Notes: generated from the letters alone by a model not told the origin. Shown: positions 1 to 15,466, numbered from the stretch's first letter. The stretch is 64,000 nucleotides of DNA from an uncultured Actinomycetes bacterium (GCA_963742735.1 CAVUMN010000004.1:992001-1056000); one strand, 5' to 3'. Numbers and translations are program-made.

Positions 1-1
1 G

Positions 2-787
2 TACTCGTTCGTCGAGGGCGTCGAGTGGAACGAGGAGCTCTACCAGACGACCGTTCGCGCCGACGACGGCCAGACGCTGGTGTTCGGACACCTGGCGAAG
101 CGCTCGGAGGAGTTCCGCGACGAGCTCAACCGACTGATGGCCGCGCTGGCGAAGCGAACGGCCGACACGTTGGGGGCGTTGCTGCCGGGAGTGTCCGCCG
201 ACACGGCGGGCCGACTGGCGGCCGTCATGCGAGACGGGAGAGCCGCGCAGCAGGCAGCGGTGGATGCCATCGACCCCGCGTTGTGGCCTCTGCTCGAGAC
301 GGCGGTCGTGGGAACCGCGGAGCTCCGCGAGACCTACGAGCACCTCAAGTCGATGACGCCCGCCGGCCAAATGGCGCTCGGCATCAAGTCGGTGAAGGCC
401 GTGGAGGCCGAGCCGGGGGAGGAGCCGCCGCCGCCGGCCCAGGGCGACAACCACCTGTGGTTCTTCGCCCCGGTCCTGGAGAAGGGCAAGGCCATCGCCC
501 ACGAGATCACCAGCGAGGAGGGCCACGCCACCTACCTCTACCGGACGGGGGCGGACGAGGTGGCCGCCTCGATGGCCAGGATCAACCGGGCGATCCTGAC
601 GCTGAACTTCCGGCGGGAGCCGATCTACGCCTCGGACGAGGAGCTCCAGACCGGGAAGTTCTCTCGCTACCGGGTGGCCCTGCGCTCGCTGGACTACCTC
701 AGATTCGCCCGCGAGCGGTTCCTGGGGAGAGCCATCCACAACGACTCGTGGGCGAGGCAGGTCGACGAGGCCGTGGCCAAGGGTTGA
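2..787 (+). CDS. hypothetical protein, 5'-truncated by window edge
   Basis: Frame is open from base 2 and continuous with ORF 80..787, with GC3-rich codons; no family recognised. Confidence 0.7.
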   Translation, partial: YSFVEGVEWNEELYQTTVRADDGQTLVFGHLAKRSEEFRDELNRLMAALAKRTADTLGALLPGVSADTAGRLAAVMRDGRAAQQAAVDAIDPALWPLLETAVVGTAELRETYEHLKSMTPAGQMALGIKSVKAVEAEPGEEPPPPAQGDNHLWFFAPVLEKGKAIAHEITSEEGHATYLYRTGADEVAASMARINRAILTLNFRREPIYASDEELQTGKFSRYRVALRSLDYLRFARERFLGRAIHNDSWARQVDEAVAKG

Positions 788-838
788 GCGGTTCACCCCT
801 GGGTTGAGAGAATCAGCCACCAATAGAGGAGGCATGCC

Positions 839-1042
839 TTGGCCGTCATCAAAACGATCGATCTCGTGGGGGTCTCGTCGGAGTCGTGGCGCGACGCCGC
901 GCAGCAGGCCCTCGCCGAGGCGTCGAAGACCCTTCGAGGCATCGAGGGGATGGAGGTGCTCGAAACGTCGGCCCAGGTCGACGGGAGCCAGATCTCCGAG
1001 TACCACACGCACGTGCGCATCAAGTTCCGGATCGAGCGGTAG
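839..1042 (+). CDS. dodecin family flavin-binding protein
   Basis: 67 aa VIKTIDLVGVSSESWRDAAQQALAEASKTLRGI...EYHTHVRIKFRIE; AGGAGG RBS upstream. Confidence 0.9.
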   Translation: MAVIKTIDLVGVSSESWRDAAQQALAEASKTLRGIEGMEVLETSAQVDGSQISEYHTHVRIKFRIER

Positions 1043-3675
<2,633 letters not shown>

Positions 3676-3683
<8 letters not shown>

Positions 3684-4145
3684 GGGAAGTCCGCTGGTGG
3701 GGATCCTGACCGGGTCCGCGTCGGACCTCCCCGTGATGAACCAGGCCGGCGCGATCCTCGAGCGCTTCGAGATCCCCCACGAGATCAACGTGATGTCCGC
3801 CCATCGCAACCCCGAGGCCGTGGACGAGTACGCCAAGGGCGCCGAGGCCCGCGGGATGCTGGTCCTGATCTGCGGCGCCGGCCGCGCCGCCCACCTGGCG
3901 GGCGCGGTCGCCGCGCGGACGATCCTCCCCGTGATCGGGGTTCCGGTGAGTGCCGATCAGCTCGGCGGCGCCGACTCCCTGTACTCGACCGTGCAGATGC
4001 CGAAGGGCGTCCCGGTGGCGACGGTCGCCATCGACGGCGCCACCAACGCCGCCATCCTGGCCGCCCAGATCATCGCGGTGGGCGACGAGAAGGTCCGCAC
4101 CAAGCTCCGCGAGTTCAAAGAGTCACTCGCGGAAGGCTTCAAGCT

Positions 4146-4149
<4 letters not shown>
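3676..4149 (+). CDS. purE: N5-CAIR mutase / AIR carboxylase catalytic subunit
   Basis: GSASDLP, SAHRNP, GAGRAAHLAG, YSTVQMPKGVPVATVAI. Confidence 0.95.
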
Positions 4150-5453
<1,304 letters not shown>

Positions 5454-5457
<4 letters not shown>

Positions 5458-6341
5458 GCACCGAGCTGTTCGCCCAGGGGAAGGTCCGCGACATCTACGA
5501 GGCCGGACCCGACCGGCTGCTGATGGTGGCCAGCGACCGGATCTCCGCGTTCGACGTCGTGCTGCCCAACCCGATCCCCGACAAGGGCCGGGTCCTGAAC
5601 GCGCTCTCCCTGTTCTGGTTCGAGAAGACCGCCGGCCTGGTCGAAAACCACCTGATCTCCGCGAGCGCCGGCGAGTTCCCCGAGCCGTTCACCGGCCGGG
5701 GGGATCTGGCCGGGCGGGCGATGCTCGTACACCGCGCGGAGATGTTCCCGATCGAGTGCGTCGCCCGCGGGTATCTCTCCGGGTCCGGGTGGAAGGAGTA
5801 CCAGGCCAGCGGGTCGGTGTGCGGCATACCGCTGCCCGAGGGCCTGACCGAGTCCGACCGGCTCCCCGAGCCGATCTTCACGCCGGCCACCAAGGCCGTG
5901 ACCGGACACGACGAGAACATCTCGATCGAGCAGGCCGCGGAGATCGTCGGCGAGGGGATGGCGCAGAAGCTGAAGGAGCTCACCCTCCGCGTCTACGAGC
6001 TCGCCGCCGGGATCGCGCTCGAGCGGGGGATCATCGTCGCCGACACGAAGTTCGAGTTCGGGTTCGTGGACGGCGAGATCGTCCTTGCGGACGAGGTGCT
6101 CACGCCGGACTCCTCGCGGTTCTGGCCGGCGGACGAGTACGCGCCGGGCGGGGCCCAGCCGAGCTTCGACAAGCAGTACGTGCGCGACTGGCTCGACGAG
6201 AGCGGGTGGGACCACGAGCCGCCTCCGCCGGACCTGCCGGCCGACGTGGTGGACGCGACGGCCCGCCGCTACATCGAGGCGTACGAGCGGCTGTCCGGGG
6301 ACTCCTGGCCCGAATATCTCAACCGGATGGGCGCCGAGTGA
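5454..6341 (+). CDS. purC: SAICAR synthetase
   Basis: [49 protein letters not shown]; ATGA overlap with purB. Confidence 0.95.
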
Positions 6342-6613
6342 CCCGGTTTCGCGTCGAGCTGGCCGTATCGTTGAAGCCGGGGTTGCTGGACCCTCAGGGG
6401 AAGACCGTGGAGGGCGCGTTGCCCACGCTGGGATGGGAGAACGTCCGCGACGTGCGGGTCGGCAAGTACGTGGAGCTGACCGTGGAGGCCGACGACCGCG
6501 ACGCCGCCCTGGCCCAGGTCGCCGACATGGCCGAGCGGTTCCTGACCAACCCCGTGATCGAGTCCCACCGGGTGGTCGACGCCCGCGAGGTGGAGACCGC
6601 CGAGATCCCATGA
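6338..6613 (+). CDS. purS: FGAM synthase subunit PurS
   Basis: [13 protein letters not shown]...VRVGKYVEL...LTNPVIE. Confidence 0.93.
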   Translation: MTRFRVELAVSLKPGLLDPQGKTVEGALPTLGWENVRDVRVGKYVELTVEADDRDAALAQVADMAERFLTNPVIESHRVVDAREVETAEIP

Positions 6614-7314
6614 AGCCTCGGATCGGCGTCGTGACCTTCCCGGGTTCGCTCGACGACCGCGACGCGTTGCGCGCCGTCCGGGTCCTGGGCGGCGAGGGCG
6701 TCAGCCTGTGGCACGGCGACACCGACCTGCAGGGCGTGGACGCGGTGATCCTCCCCGGCGGGTTCTCCTACGGCGACTACCTGCGCACCGGCGCCATCGC
6801 CCGGTTCGCGCCGATCCTTCAGGCGGTGAAGGAGCACGCCGCCGCGGGCCGGCCGGTCCTGGGCATCTGCAACGGCTTCCAGATCCTGACCGAGGCGGGG
6901 TTCCTGCCCGGGGCGCTCATCCGCAACCGCTCCCTGACCTTCGTGTGCCGCGTCGTGCACATCCGCGTCGAGTCGACCGACACGCCGTTCACCTCGCACC
7001 TGAACACCCGCGACCTCCTGGAGATCCCGGTGAAGCACGGCGAGGGCCAGTTCGTTGCCGACGCGGAGGACCTCGCCCGCATCGAGGGCGAGGGGCGGGT
7101 CCTGTTCCGCTACGTGAACGCGGCGGGCGAGGTCACCGACGAGGCCAACCCGAACGGCGCCGCCGCGAACATCGCCGGCGTCCGCGACGAGCGGGGCAAC
7201 GTGGTCGGCCTCATGCCCCACCCCGAGCACGCCGTCGACCCCGACACCGGCCCCACCGGGGGCCAGCCGCTGTTCGAGTCGCTGTTCGCCTCGCTCGTGG
7301 CGTCGCTGGCGTGA
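6610..7314 (+). CDS. purQ: FGAM synthase glutaminase subunit
   Basis: [37 protein letters not shown]. Confidence 0.95.
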   Translation: MKPRIGVVTFPGSLDDRDALRAVRVLGGEGVSLWHGDTDLQGVDAVILPGGFSYGDYLRTGAIARFAPILQAVKEHAAAGRPVLGICNGFQILTEAGFLPGALIRNRSLTFVCRVVHIRVESTDTPFTSHLNTRDLLEIPVKHGEGQFVADAEDLARIEGEGRVLFRYVNAAGEVTDEANPNGAAANIAGVRDERGNVVGLMPHPEHAVDPDTGPTGGQPLFESLFASLVASLA

Positions 7315-9527
7315 CCGACTCCGCCACCGAGCCACTCCACCGGGCCCTTGCCCTGACGGACGAGGAGTACACCCGCATCGTCGAGATCCTCGACCGCGAG
7401 CCGAACCGGGCCGAGCTGGCGATGTTCTCGGTGATGTGGTCCGAGCACTGCTCGTACAAGTCGAGCAAGGTTCACCTTCGGCGCCTGCCCACCGAGGGCG
7501 AGCACATCCTGGTCGGACCCGGCGAGGACGCCGGCGTGGTCGACGTCGGCGACGGCATCGCCGTCGTCTTCAAGCTCGAGAGCCACAACCACCCGTCCGC
7601 GATCGAGCCGGTGCAGGGCGCGGCCACCGGCGTCGGCGGGATCGTGCGCGACGTCCTGTCGATGGGGGCGCGGCCGGTGGCGGTCCTCGACTCGCTGCGG
7701 TTCGGGCCTCTGGACGACGCGCGCAACCGGTGGCTCGTCGGTGGCGTCGTGGCGGGGGTCGGGCAGTACGGGAACTGCATCGGGGTGCCGAACGTGGGTG
7801 GCGAGGTGGGGTTCGCCCCCGGCTACTCGGGCAACCCGTTGGTGAACGCGATGTGCATCGGCGTCGCTCAGGCCGACCGGCTGCTCCGCGCCAAGGCCGA
7901 GGGGGCGGGGAACCTCCTGGTCCTGATCGGCGCCCGCACCGGCCGCGACGGGATCGGCGGCGTGTCGGTCCTGGCCAGCCGGACGCTGGAGGAGGGCGAC
8001 GACCGCCGCCCCTCGGTCCAGATCGGCGACCCGTTCCAGGAGAAGCTCCTCATCGAGGCGTGCCTGGCGCTTGCCGACGCCGGCCTGCTGCTCGGCCTCC
8101 AGGACCTGGGCGGGGCGGGCATCACGTGTGCGGTCAGCGAGTCGGCCGCCCGCGCGAGCTCCGGGGCGGAGGTCGACCTGGAGGCCATCCCGCTGCGCGA
8201 GGCGGAGATGGAGCCGTTCGAGATCCTGACCAGCGAGTCGCAGGAGCGGATGCTCGCCATCGTCCGGCCCGAGGACCTGGACGCGGTGCTCGCGGTGTGC
8301 GACCGGTGGGGGCTGGAGTCGGCGGTGATCGGCAAGGTCACCACCGACGGCCGGGTCCGGGTCATGCGCCGGGGCCGGGTCGTCGCCGACGTGCCGGCGA
8401 AGGCGCTGGCCGACGAGGGGCCCGAGTATCGGCGGCCCATCGAGCCTCCCGCCTGGCTCGACGACCTCCACGCCGACGACCCCACCTACGCGGACGCGCC
8501 CGACTCGGCGGGGGAGGCCTTCCTGCAGGTTCTGGGCGCGCCGAACGTGGCCGGCAAGCGATGGATCTGGGAGCAGTACGACTCGTTCGTGCAGCACAAC
8601 ACCGTCGTCGCGCCGGGCGGGGACGCCGCGCTGATCCGGCTCGAGGACTCCCTGCGCGCGCTCGCGGTCTCCACCGACGGCAACGGACGGTTTGCCTACC
8701 TGGATCCGTATCTCGGCGCGTCCCTCGCGGTGGCCGAGGCCGCCCGCAACGTCGCGTGCGTCGGGGCACGGCCGATCGCCGTCACCAACTGCCTGAACTT
8801 CGGGAGCCCCGAGAAGCCCGAAGTCATGTGGCAGTTCGCCGAGGCCGTGAAGGGGATGGGCGACGCGTGCCGGGTTCTGGGCACCCCGGTGACCGGGGGC
8901 AACGTCAGCTTCTACAACGAGGCCGAGGGCTCGGCGATCTACCCCACGCCGGTCGTGGGGATGCTGGGCATCCTGGAGGACTACCGGCTGGCGGTGCGCT
9001 CCGGGTTCCCCGGGTCGGGTCTCGCCGTCTACCTGCTGGGCGAGACCAGCGCCGAGCTCGGCGGCTCGGAGTACGCCGCAACCGTCCTCGGGAGGGTCTC
9101 CGGCCACCCGCCGCAGCTCGACCTGGAGCGGGAGCGATACCTGATCCGGTTCCTGGCCGACGCCGCGCGGCAGGACGTGCTGGCCTCCGCCCACGACTGC
9201 GCGGAGGGCGGGCTGGCGATCGCCCTGGCCGAGGCGGCGATCGCGGGCGGGACCGGGTTCGCGGTCTCGCTGCGGGGCGACCTGCCGCCGCACGTCGAGC
9301 TGTTCTCCGAGTCGGCCTCGCGCGTGGTCGTCTCGGTCCAGGCCGCGAAGGCCGAGGCCCTGGAGGCCCTCGCCGCCTTCCACCAGGTCCCGTTCGAGCG
9401 CCTGGGCGAGACGGGCGGGCCCCGGCTGGTGTTCGGCGACGCGTTCGAGCTGCCCCTGGCCGAGGCGGCCGCGATCTACGAGTCGGCGATCCCGAACGCC
9501 ATGGCGTCCCGGGCCGCCGCGAGCTGA
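7311..9527 (+). CDS. purL: FGAM synthase synthetase subunit
   Basis: [46 protein letters not shown]. Confidence 0.95.
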   Translation: MTDSATEPLHRALALTDEEYTRIVEILDREPNRAELAMFSVMWSEHCSYKSSKVHLRRLPTEGEHILVGPGEDAGVVDVGDGIAVVFKLESHNHPSAIEPVQGAATGVGGIVRDVLSMGARPVAVLDSLRFGPLDDARNRWLVGGVVAGVGQYGNCIGVPNVGGEVGFAPGYSGNPLVNAMCIGVAQADRLLRAKAEGAGNLLVLIGARTGRDGIGGVSVLASRTLEEGDDRRPSVQIGDPFQEKLLIEACLALADAGLLLGLQDLGGAGITCAVSESAARASSGAEVDLEAIPLREAEMEPFEILTSESQERMLAIVRPEDLDAVLAVCDRWGLESAVIGKVTTDGRVRVMRRGRVVADVPAKALADEGPEYRRPIEPPAWLDDLHADDPTYADAPDSAGEAFLQVLGAPNVAGKRWIWEQYDSFVQHNTVVAPGGDAALIRLEDSLRALAVSTDGNGRFAYLDPYLGASLAVAEAARNVACVGARPIAVTNCLNFGSPEKPEVMWQFAEAVKGMGDACRVLGTPVTGGNVSFYNEAEGSAIYPTPVVGMLGILEDYRLAVRSGFPGSGLAVYLLGETSAELGGSEYAATVLGRVSGHPPQLDLERERYLIRFLADAARQDVLASAHDCAEGGLAIALAEAAIAGGTGFAVSLRGDLPPHVELFSESASRVVVSVQAAKAEALEALAAFHQVPFERLGETGGPRLVFGDAFELPLAEAAAIYESAIPNAMASRAAAS

Positions 9528-9544
9528 GTGCTACGATCGATCCA

Positions 9545-10969
9545 GTGAGCGACGACGCCTCCGACACTCACTTCCCCGACGAATCTCCTCGCGAAGCGTG
9601 CGGCCTGTTCGCCATCTGGGCCCCCGGCGAGGAGGTGGCTCGGCACATCTACTTCGGGCTCTTCGCCCTGCAGCACCGCGGCCAGGAGTCGGCCGGGATC
9701 GCGGTCAGCGACCGCAGCAACATCCTGGTCTACCGCGAGCTCGGGCTGGTCTCGCAGGTGTTCAACGAGGCCACGCTGGCCACGCTCCAGGGCGACCTGG
9801 GGATCGGCCACACCCGCTACTCGACGACCGGCTCGACCACCTGGGAGAACTCCCAGCCGGCGTTCAAGCACGAGGAGAGCCACGGGCTGGCCCTCGGCCA
9901 CAACGGCAACCTGGTGAACACGGTCGAGCTGGCGGAGCGCGCCGGCTGGCGTGGCGGGGCGACCACCGACTCGGACCTGGTGGCGACGCTGATCATGCGC
10001 GAGGCCAGCCTCGCGGGCGGGGTCGAGGAGGGGGCCATGCGCGTCCTGCCCACCCTGGAGGGCGCGTTCTCGTTCGTCCTGATGGACGAGCGCACGATCT
10101 ACGGCGTGCGCGACCCCCACGGGCTGCGCCCGCTGGCCATCGGCCGGCTGCCCTCGGGGTTCGTGTTGGCCTCGGAGACCGCGGCCCTGGACATCGTGGG
10201 CGCGACCTACATCCGCGAGGTCGAGCCCGGCGAGATGGTGATGATCGACGACCGCGGCATCCGCTCCCGCACGTACGCGGAGAGCCCCCGCGCGGCGCTG
10301 TGCCTGTTCGAGTTCGTGTACCTGGCCCGGGCGGACAGCCGGCTGTACGGGCGCAGCGTCCACGAGGCGCGGCGGGAGATGGGCCGCAAGCTCGCCGGGG
10401 AGGCGCCGGTCGAGGCCGACCTGGTCATCCCGGTGCCGGACACCGCCGCGTCGGCCGCCGCCGGGTTCGCCGAGGCCTCGGGGATCCCGTACGGCGAGGG
10501 CCTGATGAAGAACCGCTACGTCGGCCGGACGTTCATCCAGCCGTCGACCTCCCTGCGCGCGCTGGGCGTTCGGATGAAGCTCAACCCGCTGCCGGAAGCG
10601 ATCGCGGGGAAGCGCCTGGCGGTGGTGGACGACTCGATCGTGCGGGGAACGACCACGCGGCAGATCGTGCAGACCCTGCGCGAGGCGGGCGCCGCCGAGG
10701 TCCACCTGCGGATCACCAGCCCGCCCATCCGCTGGCCCTGCTTCTACGGCATCGACATGTCCACCCGCCAGGAGCTCGTGGCGTCGGACCTCGCCGTCGA
10801 GGAGGTCCGGCGGTTCGTGGCCGCCGACTCGCTGTCCTACCTTTCCCTCGACGCGCTCGTGGAGGCGACGGGCGCGCCGAAGGCGTCGTTCTGCCGGGCC
10901 TGCTTCGACGGGGAGTACCCCGTGGCGGTCCCCGAGCAGGCCTCGAAGTTCGTCCTGGAAAAGCCCTAG
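9545..10969 (+). CDS. purF: amidophosphoribosyltransferase
   Basis: propeptide followed by EACGLF, LQHRGQESAG, IGHTRYST, VVDDSIVRGTT, FCRACFDGEYP. Confidence 0.95.
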   Translation: MSDDASDTHFPDESPREACGLFAIWAPGEEVARHIYFGLFALQHRGQESAGIAVSDRSNILVYRELGLVSQVFNEATLATLQGDLGIGHTRYSTTGSTTWENSQPAFKHEESHGLALGHNGNLVNTVELAERAGWRGGATTDSDLVATLIMREASLAGGVEEGAMRVLPTLEGAFSFVLMDERTIYGVRDPHGLRPLAIGRLPSGFVLASETAALDIVGATYIREVEPGEMVMIDDRGIRSRTYAESPRAALCLFEFVYLARADSRLYGRSVHEARREMGRKLAGEAPVEADLVIPVPDTAASAAAGFAEASGIPYGEGLMKNRYVGRTFIQPSTSLRALGVRMKLNPLPEAIAGKRLAVVDDSIVRGTTTRQIVQTLREAGAAEVHLRITSPPIRWPCFYGIDMSTRQELVASDLAVEEVRRFVAADSLSYLSLDALVEATGAPKASFCRACFDGEYPVAVPEQASKFVLEKP

Positions 10970-10985
10970 CGCGTACCCTGCGCCC

Positions 10986-11999
10986 ATGAGCGAGGCCTAC
11001 CGCCGGGCCGGCGTCGACCTCGACGCGGCCGCCCGGGCCGTCGACCTGATCAAGGGCGTCGCCGCGTCCGCGACCCGTCCCGAGGTGGTGGAGGGCGTCG
11101 GCGGGTTCGCCGGCCTCTACCGCCTGGACGACGGCCGCATACTGGCGGCGGCCACCGACGGCGTGGGGACGAAGCTCGAGGTCGCCCGCCTGGCCGGCCG
11201 GTTGGACACCGTGGGCATCGACCTGGTGGCCATGTGCGTGAACGACCTGATCTGCACGGGGGCCGAGCCGCTGTTCTTCCTGGACTACCTGGCCACGGGG
11301 CGGGTCGTGCCGGAGGAGGTCCGCGACCTGGTGGCCGGCGTCGCCGAGGGATGCCGCCAGGCGCGGTGCGCGCTCCTGGGCGGCGAGACCGCCGAGCACC
11401 CGGGAACCATGGAGGAGGGCCGGTTCGACCTGGCCGGGTTCGCGGTGGGGGTCGTCGCCGAGGACGAGCTGATCGGGCCCGACCTGGTCCGCGAGGGCGA
11501 CGCGCTGGTGGGCATCGCGTCCAGCGGCCTGCACGCGAACGGCTTCAGCCTGGTTCGGAAGGCGCTGCTGGAGGACGCCGGGATGACCCTCGATGACGTC
11601 CCGGAGGGCCTCGACCGAACGCTGGGCCGCGAGCTGTTGGAGCCGACGCGGATCTACGTCGACCTGCTGCTGCCGCTGGCCCGCGCCGGGGTGCTGTCGG
11701 CCGCGGCCCACGTGACGGGGGGCGGCTTGGTCGAGAACGTCCCCCGGGCGCTGCCGGACGGGCTGGGCGCCGAGATCGACCCGGTCGCGTGGCACGTCCC
11801 GCCCATCTTCCGCATCGTCCGCGACGCCGCCGACGCGACGGAGGACGACCTGCGGGCGACGTTCAACCTCGGCGTTGGGATGGTCGCCGTGACCGCCCCG
11901 GGCGTTGCCGCGAAGGTGATCGACGCCGCCGCCGATGCCGGGGTCCCCGCGTGGGAGATCGGAAAGGTCGTCGCGGGCCCCGGCGTTCGGTTCACCTAG
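10986..11999 (+). CDS. purM: AIR synthetase
   Basis: YRRAGVD, TDGVGTK, GGETAEHPG, SSGLHANGFSL, AHVTGGG. Confidence 0.95.
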   Translation: MSEAYRRAGVDLDAAARAVDLIKGVAASATRPEVVEGVGGFAGLYRLDDGRILAAATDGVGTKLEVARLAGRLDTVGIDLVAMCVNDLICTGAEPLFFLDYLATGRVVPEEVRDLVAGVAEGCRQARCALLGGETAEHPGTMEEGRFDLAGFAVGVVAEDELIGPDLVREGDALVGIASSGLHANGFSLVRKALLEDAGMTLDDVPEGLDRTLGRELLEPTRIYVDLLLPLARAGVLSAAAHVTGGGLVENVPRALPDGLGAEIDPVAWHVPPIFRIVRDAADATEDDLRATFNLGVGMVAVTAPGVAAKVIDAAADAGVPAWEIGKVVAGPGVRFT

Positions 12000-12053
12000 C
12001 CGGACGTCCTTGGCCGCACCGTCAACCCCAGCGCCGGCTCGAACGTCGAACGG

Positions 12054-12563
12054 GTGAACGCGGAGGGAGCCCGCCTGGACGAGGCAACGATCCGGCTCTT
12101 CCTCGAGGCGGAGTACCCACGCCTCGTGGCGGCGGTCGCCCTGGTCTCGGGGAGCCGGGCCGCCGGCGAGGACGCCGTGCAGGAAGCACTGGCCCGGGCG
12201 TGGGAGCGCTCCGACCGCGGCGAGGAGATCGAGAACCTGGGGGCATGGATGACGACGGTCGCACTGAACCTGGCTCGCAGCGGATTGCGACGCCTGCGTG
12301 CGGAGCGACGAGCGAAGGAGCGGATCGCGGACGTTCCTGCTGATCCGGCGCGCGAGCCACTCATGGACCTGGACCGCGCCTTACGCGAGCTTTCGCGCCG
12401 CCAACGGGAGGCCGTCGTCCTCCACTACTACCTGGGGTTGCCGGTCGCGGAGTGCGCCGAGCGGATGCGGGTGGGCGAGGGGACGGTGAAGACGCAGCTG
12501 CACCGGGCCCGGACGACATTGCAACGCGCTCTTGGGGAGAGGGATGACCGTGCCGACCTTTGA
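12054..12563 (+). CDS. ECF RNA polymerase sigma factor
   Basis: EDAVQEALARAW (region 2); LSRRQREAVVLHY...EGTVKTQLHRAR (region 4). Confidence 0.9.
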   Translation: MNAEGARLDEATIRLFLEAEYPRLVAAVALVSGSRAAGEDAVQEALARAWERSDRGEEIENLGAWMTTVALNLARSGLRRLRAERRAKERIADVPADPAREPLMDLDRALRELSRRQREAVVLHYYLGLPVAECAERMRVGEGTVKTQLHRARTTLQRALGERDDRADL

Positions 12564-14286
12564 CGACCGGCTTCGCCGCGACCTCGAAGCCTTGGGTCAG
12601 GAGGGCGGCTCTGCCGACGCCTTTGAGCGGGTCACGGAGCGCAAGAAGCAGCTGCCACGGAAGAGACGCGTGCAGGCTCTCACCTTGGCGATCGTCCTGG
12701 TCACCGCGTCGACCGGGGCCGGCTACGCCTTGTTCCGGGCCTTCAAGACGACCGAGCCGTCTGCCGAAAAGCCGATGCCGGTCCCAAGCTCGCAGTACAC
12801 CAACGGCCGCATCGCCTTCGTCGAGTTCGAGGGCGAGGACTGGGACATCTTCACGTCGGAGCCGGACGGGTCGGACGTCCGTCAGGTCACGAAGTTTCCC
12901 GGCGCGGACTCTCAGCCGGCCTGGTCCGAGGATGGGACGAGGATTGCGTACGTCCGTCACAACCTCCCCTCGAGTACGCAAGGGAACGTCTGGGTCATGA
13001 ACGCCGACGGCAGCGATCCCGTCCGAGTCGCGGTGGCCTACGGGAATCCAGCTCCAACGTGGTCACCTGACGGTACCGAGATCGCCTACACACGCGGAAA
13101 TGGCCGCTTGTTCCGTGTGGGCGTCGGCGGTCAGGACGAGCCCGAGCTCCTCATCGACGGGGGAGTTGGTGGGTTCCCGGATTGGTCTCCGGACGGTGGC
13201 CGAATCGCCTTTGGGCGAAGCAGTGGGGGCCTCGCGATACTGGATCTCGAAACGCACCAGATCGATCAGGTCACACTGGGGCAGGACTTCGGTCCGTCAT
13301 GGTCGCCAGATGGACGGTACTTGGCCTTCATTCGAAGGATCTGCGGCCTTTGCTCGCTCGAGGTCTTCATCGTGCGAGCCGACGGAACGAATCTCCGTCG
13401 TATCACGCAGGACGACTACCACGAGCAGTTCCTCACGTGGTCGCCCGATGGGAAGCAGCTTCTCTTCGAGCGCGCCCTGGAGGGGTTCCAGGCATCCTTC
13501 CAAGGCCTTTGGACGGCCGCCGTCGACGGCTCTGGCGAACGTCAGCTCCAGACCTCAGCCTCCGCCGGCTTCTCCCCTGTCTGGCAGCCGGTACCGCCGC
13601 GGGGAGGTGCGACATTGCCTCCGCCCCCGGCCTTCGAGGGCGGGACATGCATCCTCTCGGCGGCGAACGGCGACTTCGACGGTGACGGCCGGAGCGATGT
13701 GGCAGTGACCCGATCGGAGAGCGAGCCACCTTGCCGACCACCAGACGACTCCATTGAGGAGGGCGCCTCTCTCGAGGTCGATCTCGGGAACGGCAGGAGG
13801 ATTTCGACCGAGTGTGGGAGATGCCTCGCACTCGCGGCTCCCGATCTCAATGACGACGGCCACGATGAGTTGATGATCGAGTTCGTTGCGCCCGAGACCT
13901 TGCGTGGGCCCGTGACGACGACACGAGTGGGGTTCTACGTGCTGGAACACTCGGAGCTCCATCTCGTCGAACGCTCACCGGGCGTCGAGAACTACCGGGA
14001 GGGCCCGGCGGTGTTCCCGCTAGCGCTTGGCATGCCGAAGCCGCCCAACTTCATGCGCGAGGTCGCAGGTCTCATGTGTGGAATCTCCGAGCAGGGGCGA
14101 GAACTGCATGCGATCAGGGCTCGAGGAAGCACTCGGGGGTCTTCGTTCACTCAGGACACGGCGGTCTACGTGCTCGAGGGCTCTATCCTGCATTGGAGGG
14201 AAACGCGTTCGGACACCTTCGCCTCGATCCAGACGGGGGGTCCGTTTCCAACGGCCAGCGCCTCCGTACTAGCCCTTTGCGCCTAA
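12544..14286 (+). CDS. membrane-anchored TolB/PD40 beta-propeller protein with FG-GAP-like C-terminus (putative anti-sigma/sensor)
   Basis: short N-terminus, one TM helix, repeated PxWSPDG motifs, GDFDGDGRSD and DLNDDGHDEL; overlaps the ECF stop. Confidence 0.8.
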   Translation: MTVPTFDDRLRRDLEALGQEGGSADAFERVTERKKQLPRKRRVQALTLAIVLVTASTGAGYALFRAFKTTEPSAEKPMPVPSSQYTNGRIAFVEFEGEDWDIFTSEPDGSDVRQVTKFPGADSQPAWSEDGTRIAYVRHNLPSSTQGNVWVMNADGSDPVRVAVAYGNPAPTWSPDGTEIAYTRGNGRLFRVGVGGQDEPELLIDGGVGGFPDWSPDGGRIAFGRSSGGLAILDLETHQIDQVTLGQDFGPSWSPDGRYLAFIRRICGLCSLEVFIVRADGTNLRRITQDDYHEQFLTWSPDGKQLLFERALEGFQASFQGLWTAAVDGSGERQLQTSASAGFSPVWQPVPPRGGATLPPPPAFEGGTCILSAANGDFDGDGRSDVAVTRSESEPPCRPPDDSIEEGASLEVDLGNGRRISTECGRCLALAAPDLNDDGHDELMIEFVAPETLRGPVTTTRVGFYVLEHSELHLVERSPGVENYREGPAVFPLALGMPKPPNFMREVAGLMCGISEQGRELHAIRARGSTRGSSFTQDTAVYVLEGSILHWRETRSDTFASIQTGGPFPTASASVLALCA

Positions 14287-14343
14287 TACGCCCCAAAAGC
14301 CGCCATGGAGCTGCCCGCCGCTCGTCGTCCTATGGACGGGCGC

Positions 14344-14562
14344 CTAGCTCGGGGGGCTGACGATCTTGCCGTGGCGGACGCCGGCGAAGGGTACGCGCGC
14401 GATCTTGCCGTTCTTGTCCACGACCACGTAGGCCTCGGCGGCGGTGTCCCACTGCTTGAACTCGCCGACGACCTCGCCGACGTAGCCGTTCGGCAGCTCG
14501 TACTGGAAGGACACGCGGCTGCCCACGTCCTCCGGGCTCACGTAGTTCTGGGTCGCCATCAC
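14344..14562 (-). CDS. small hypothetical protein (possible SH3-like beta domain)
   Basis: 72 aa, good codon usage, DVGSRVSFQY...VVGE...W. Confidence 0.6.
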   Translation of the reverse strand: MMATQNYVSPEDVGSRVSFQYELPNGYVGEVVGEFKQWDTAAEAYVVVDKNGKIARVPFAGVRHGKIVSPPS

Positions 14563-14581
14563 TCGAACCGTACCCGATCGC

Positions 14582-15466
14582 TCAGCGGAGGCGCTCGGCG
14601 CGCCCCTCGGGCGGCTCGGGGAACGCCTCCGGATGCAGGGCCCACGCCAGGATCTCCAGCCCGTCGACGATCCGCGGACCCGGCCGCGAGAGGTACGCGC
14701 TGGCGTCCGTCGCGTACACCCGCGCGCCCTTGGGCGCCTTGATCGACGCGGCCTGCTCCACGGCCTCCTCGAGCCCGAACCCGCACGGCATGAACACGAT
14801 CGCCTCGGGATCGGCGTCGTAGATCTCGCTCCACCGCACCGTCCGCGAGGGCTGCCGGGGCGCGTTCAGCAGGTTGATCCCGCCGGCCAGCTCGACCATC
14901 CCGGGGATCCAGTGTCCGCCGACGAACGGCGGGTCCAGCCACTCCAGCGCGAAGGTCCGCGTCGGCCGCAGGTCCATGGTCACCGACTCCACCAGCGCCA
15001 CTCGCTCGCGGAGCTCGGTCGCCAGGTGGAAGGCGCGCCCCTCGACGCCCGTCGCCCGGCCGACCTCCTCGATGCCGTCGAGGATCTCCTCGATCGAGAA
15101 GGGGTCCAGCGAGATCACCTGGCTCGTGCAGCCGATCTTCTCCAGCGCCTCCTCGACCTGGCCGCTGGGGACGGCGCACACCCGGCAGAGGTCCTGGGCC
15201 AGGATCAGGTCCGGCGCGATCGCGCGGATCCGCTCCTCGTCGAGGGCGTAGATCGGCTGCTGCGCGGCCATCTTCTCCCGCACGGCCTCATCGATCTCGA
15301 GCGCGGTCCGGGGCTCGTCGCTGCCGATCGTCGTGTTGGAGATGACCGGCTTGCCCTTCGCCTCCTCGGGGTAGTCGCACTCGTAGGTGACGCCCTCCAG
15401 GTCGTCGCCCAGGCCGAGGGCGTAGACGATCTCGGTCGCCGAGGGCAGCAGCGAGACGATCTTCAC
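14582..15466 (-). CDS. cobalamin/iron-siderophore ABC substrate-binding protein (BtuF-like)
   Basis: KIVSLLPSATEIVYALGL, GVTYECDYP, LEWLDPPFVGGHW, SRPGPRIVDG; GTGA overlap with the E2 stop. Confidence 0.85.
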   Translation of the reverse strand: MKIVSLLPSATEIVYALGLGDDLEGVTYECDYPEEAKGKPVISNTTIGSDEPRTALEIDEAVREKMAAQQPIYALDEERIRAIAPDLILAQDLCRVCAVPSGQVEEALEKIGCTSQVISLDPFSIEEILDGIEEVGRATGVEGRAFHLATELRERVALVESVTMDLRPTRTFALEWLDPPFVGGHWIPGMVELAGGINLLNAPRQPSRTVRWSEIYDADPEAIVFMPCGFGLEEAVEQAASIKAPKGARVYATDASAYLSRPGPRIVDGLEILAWALHPEAFPEPPEGRAERLR

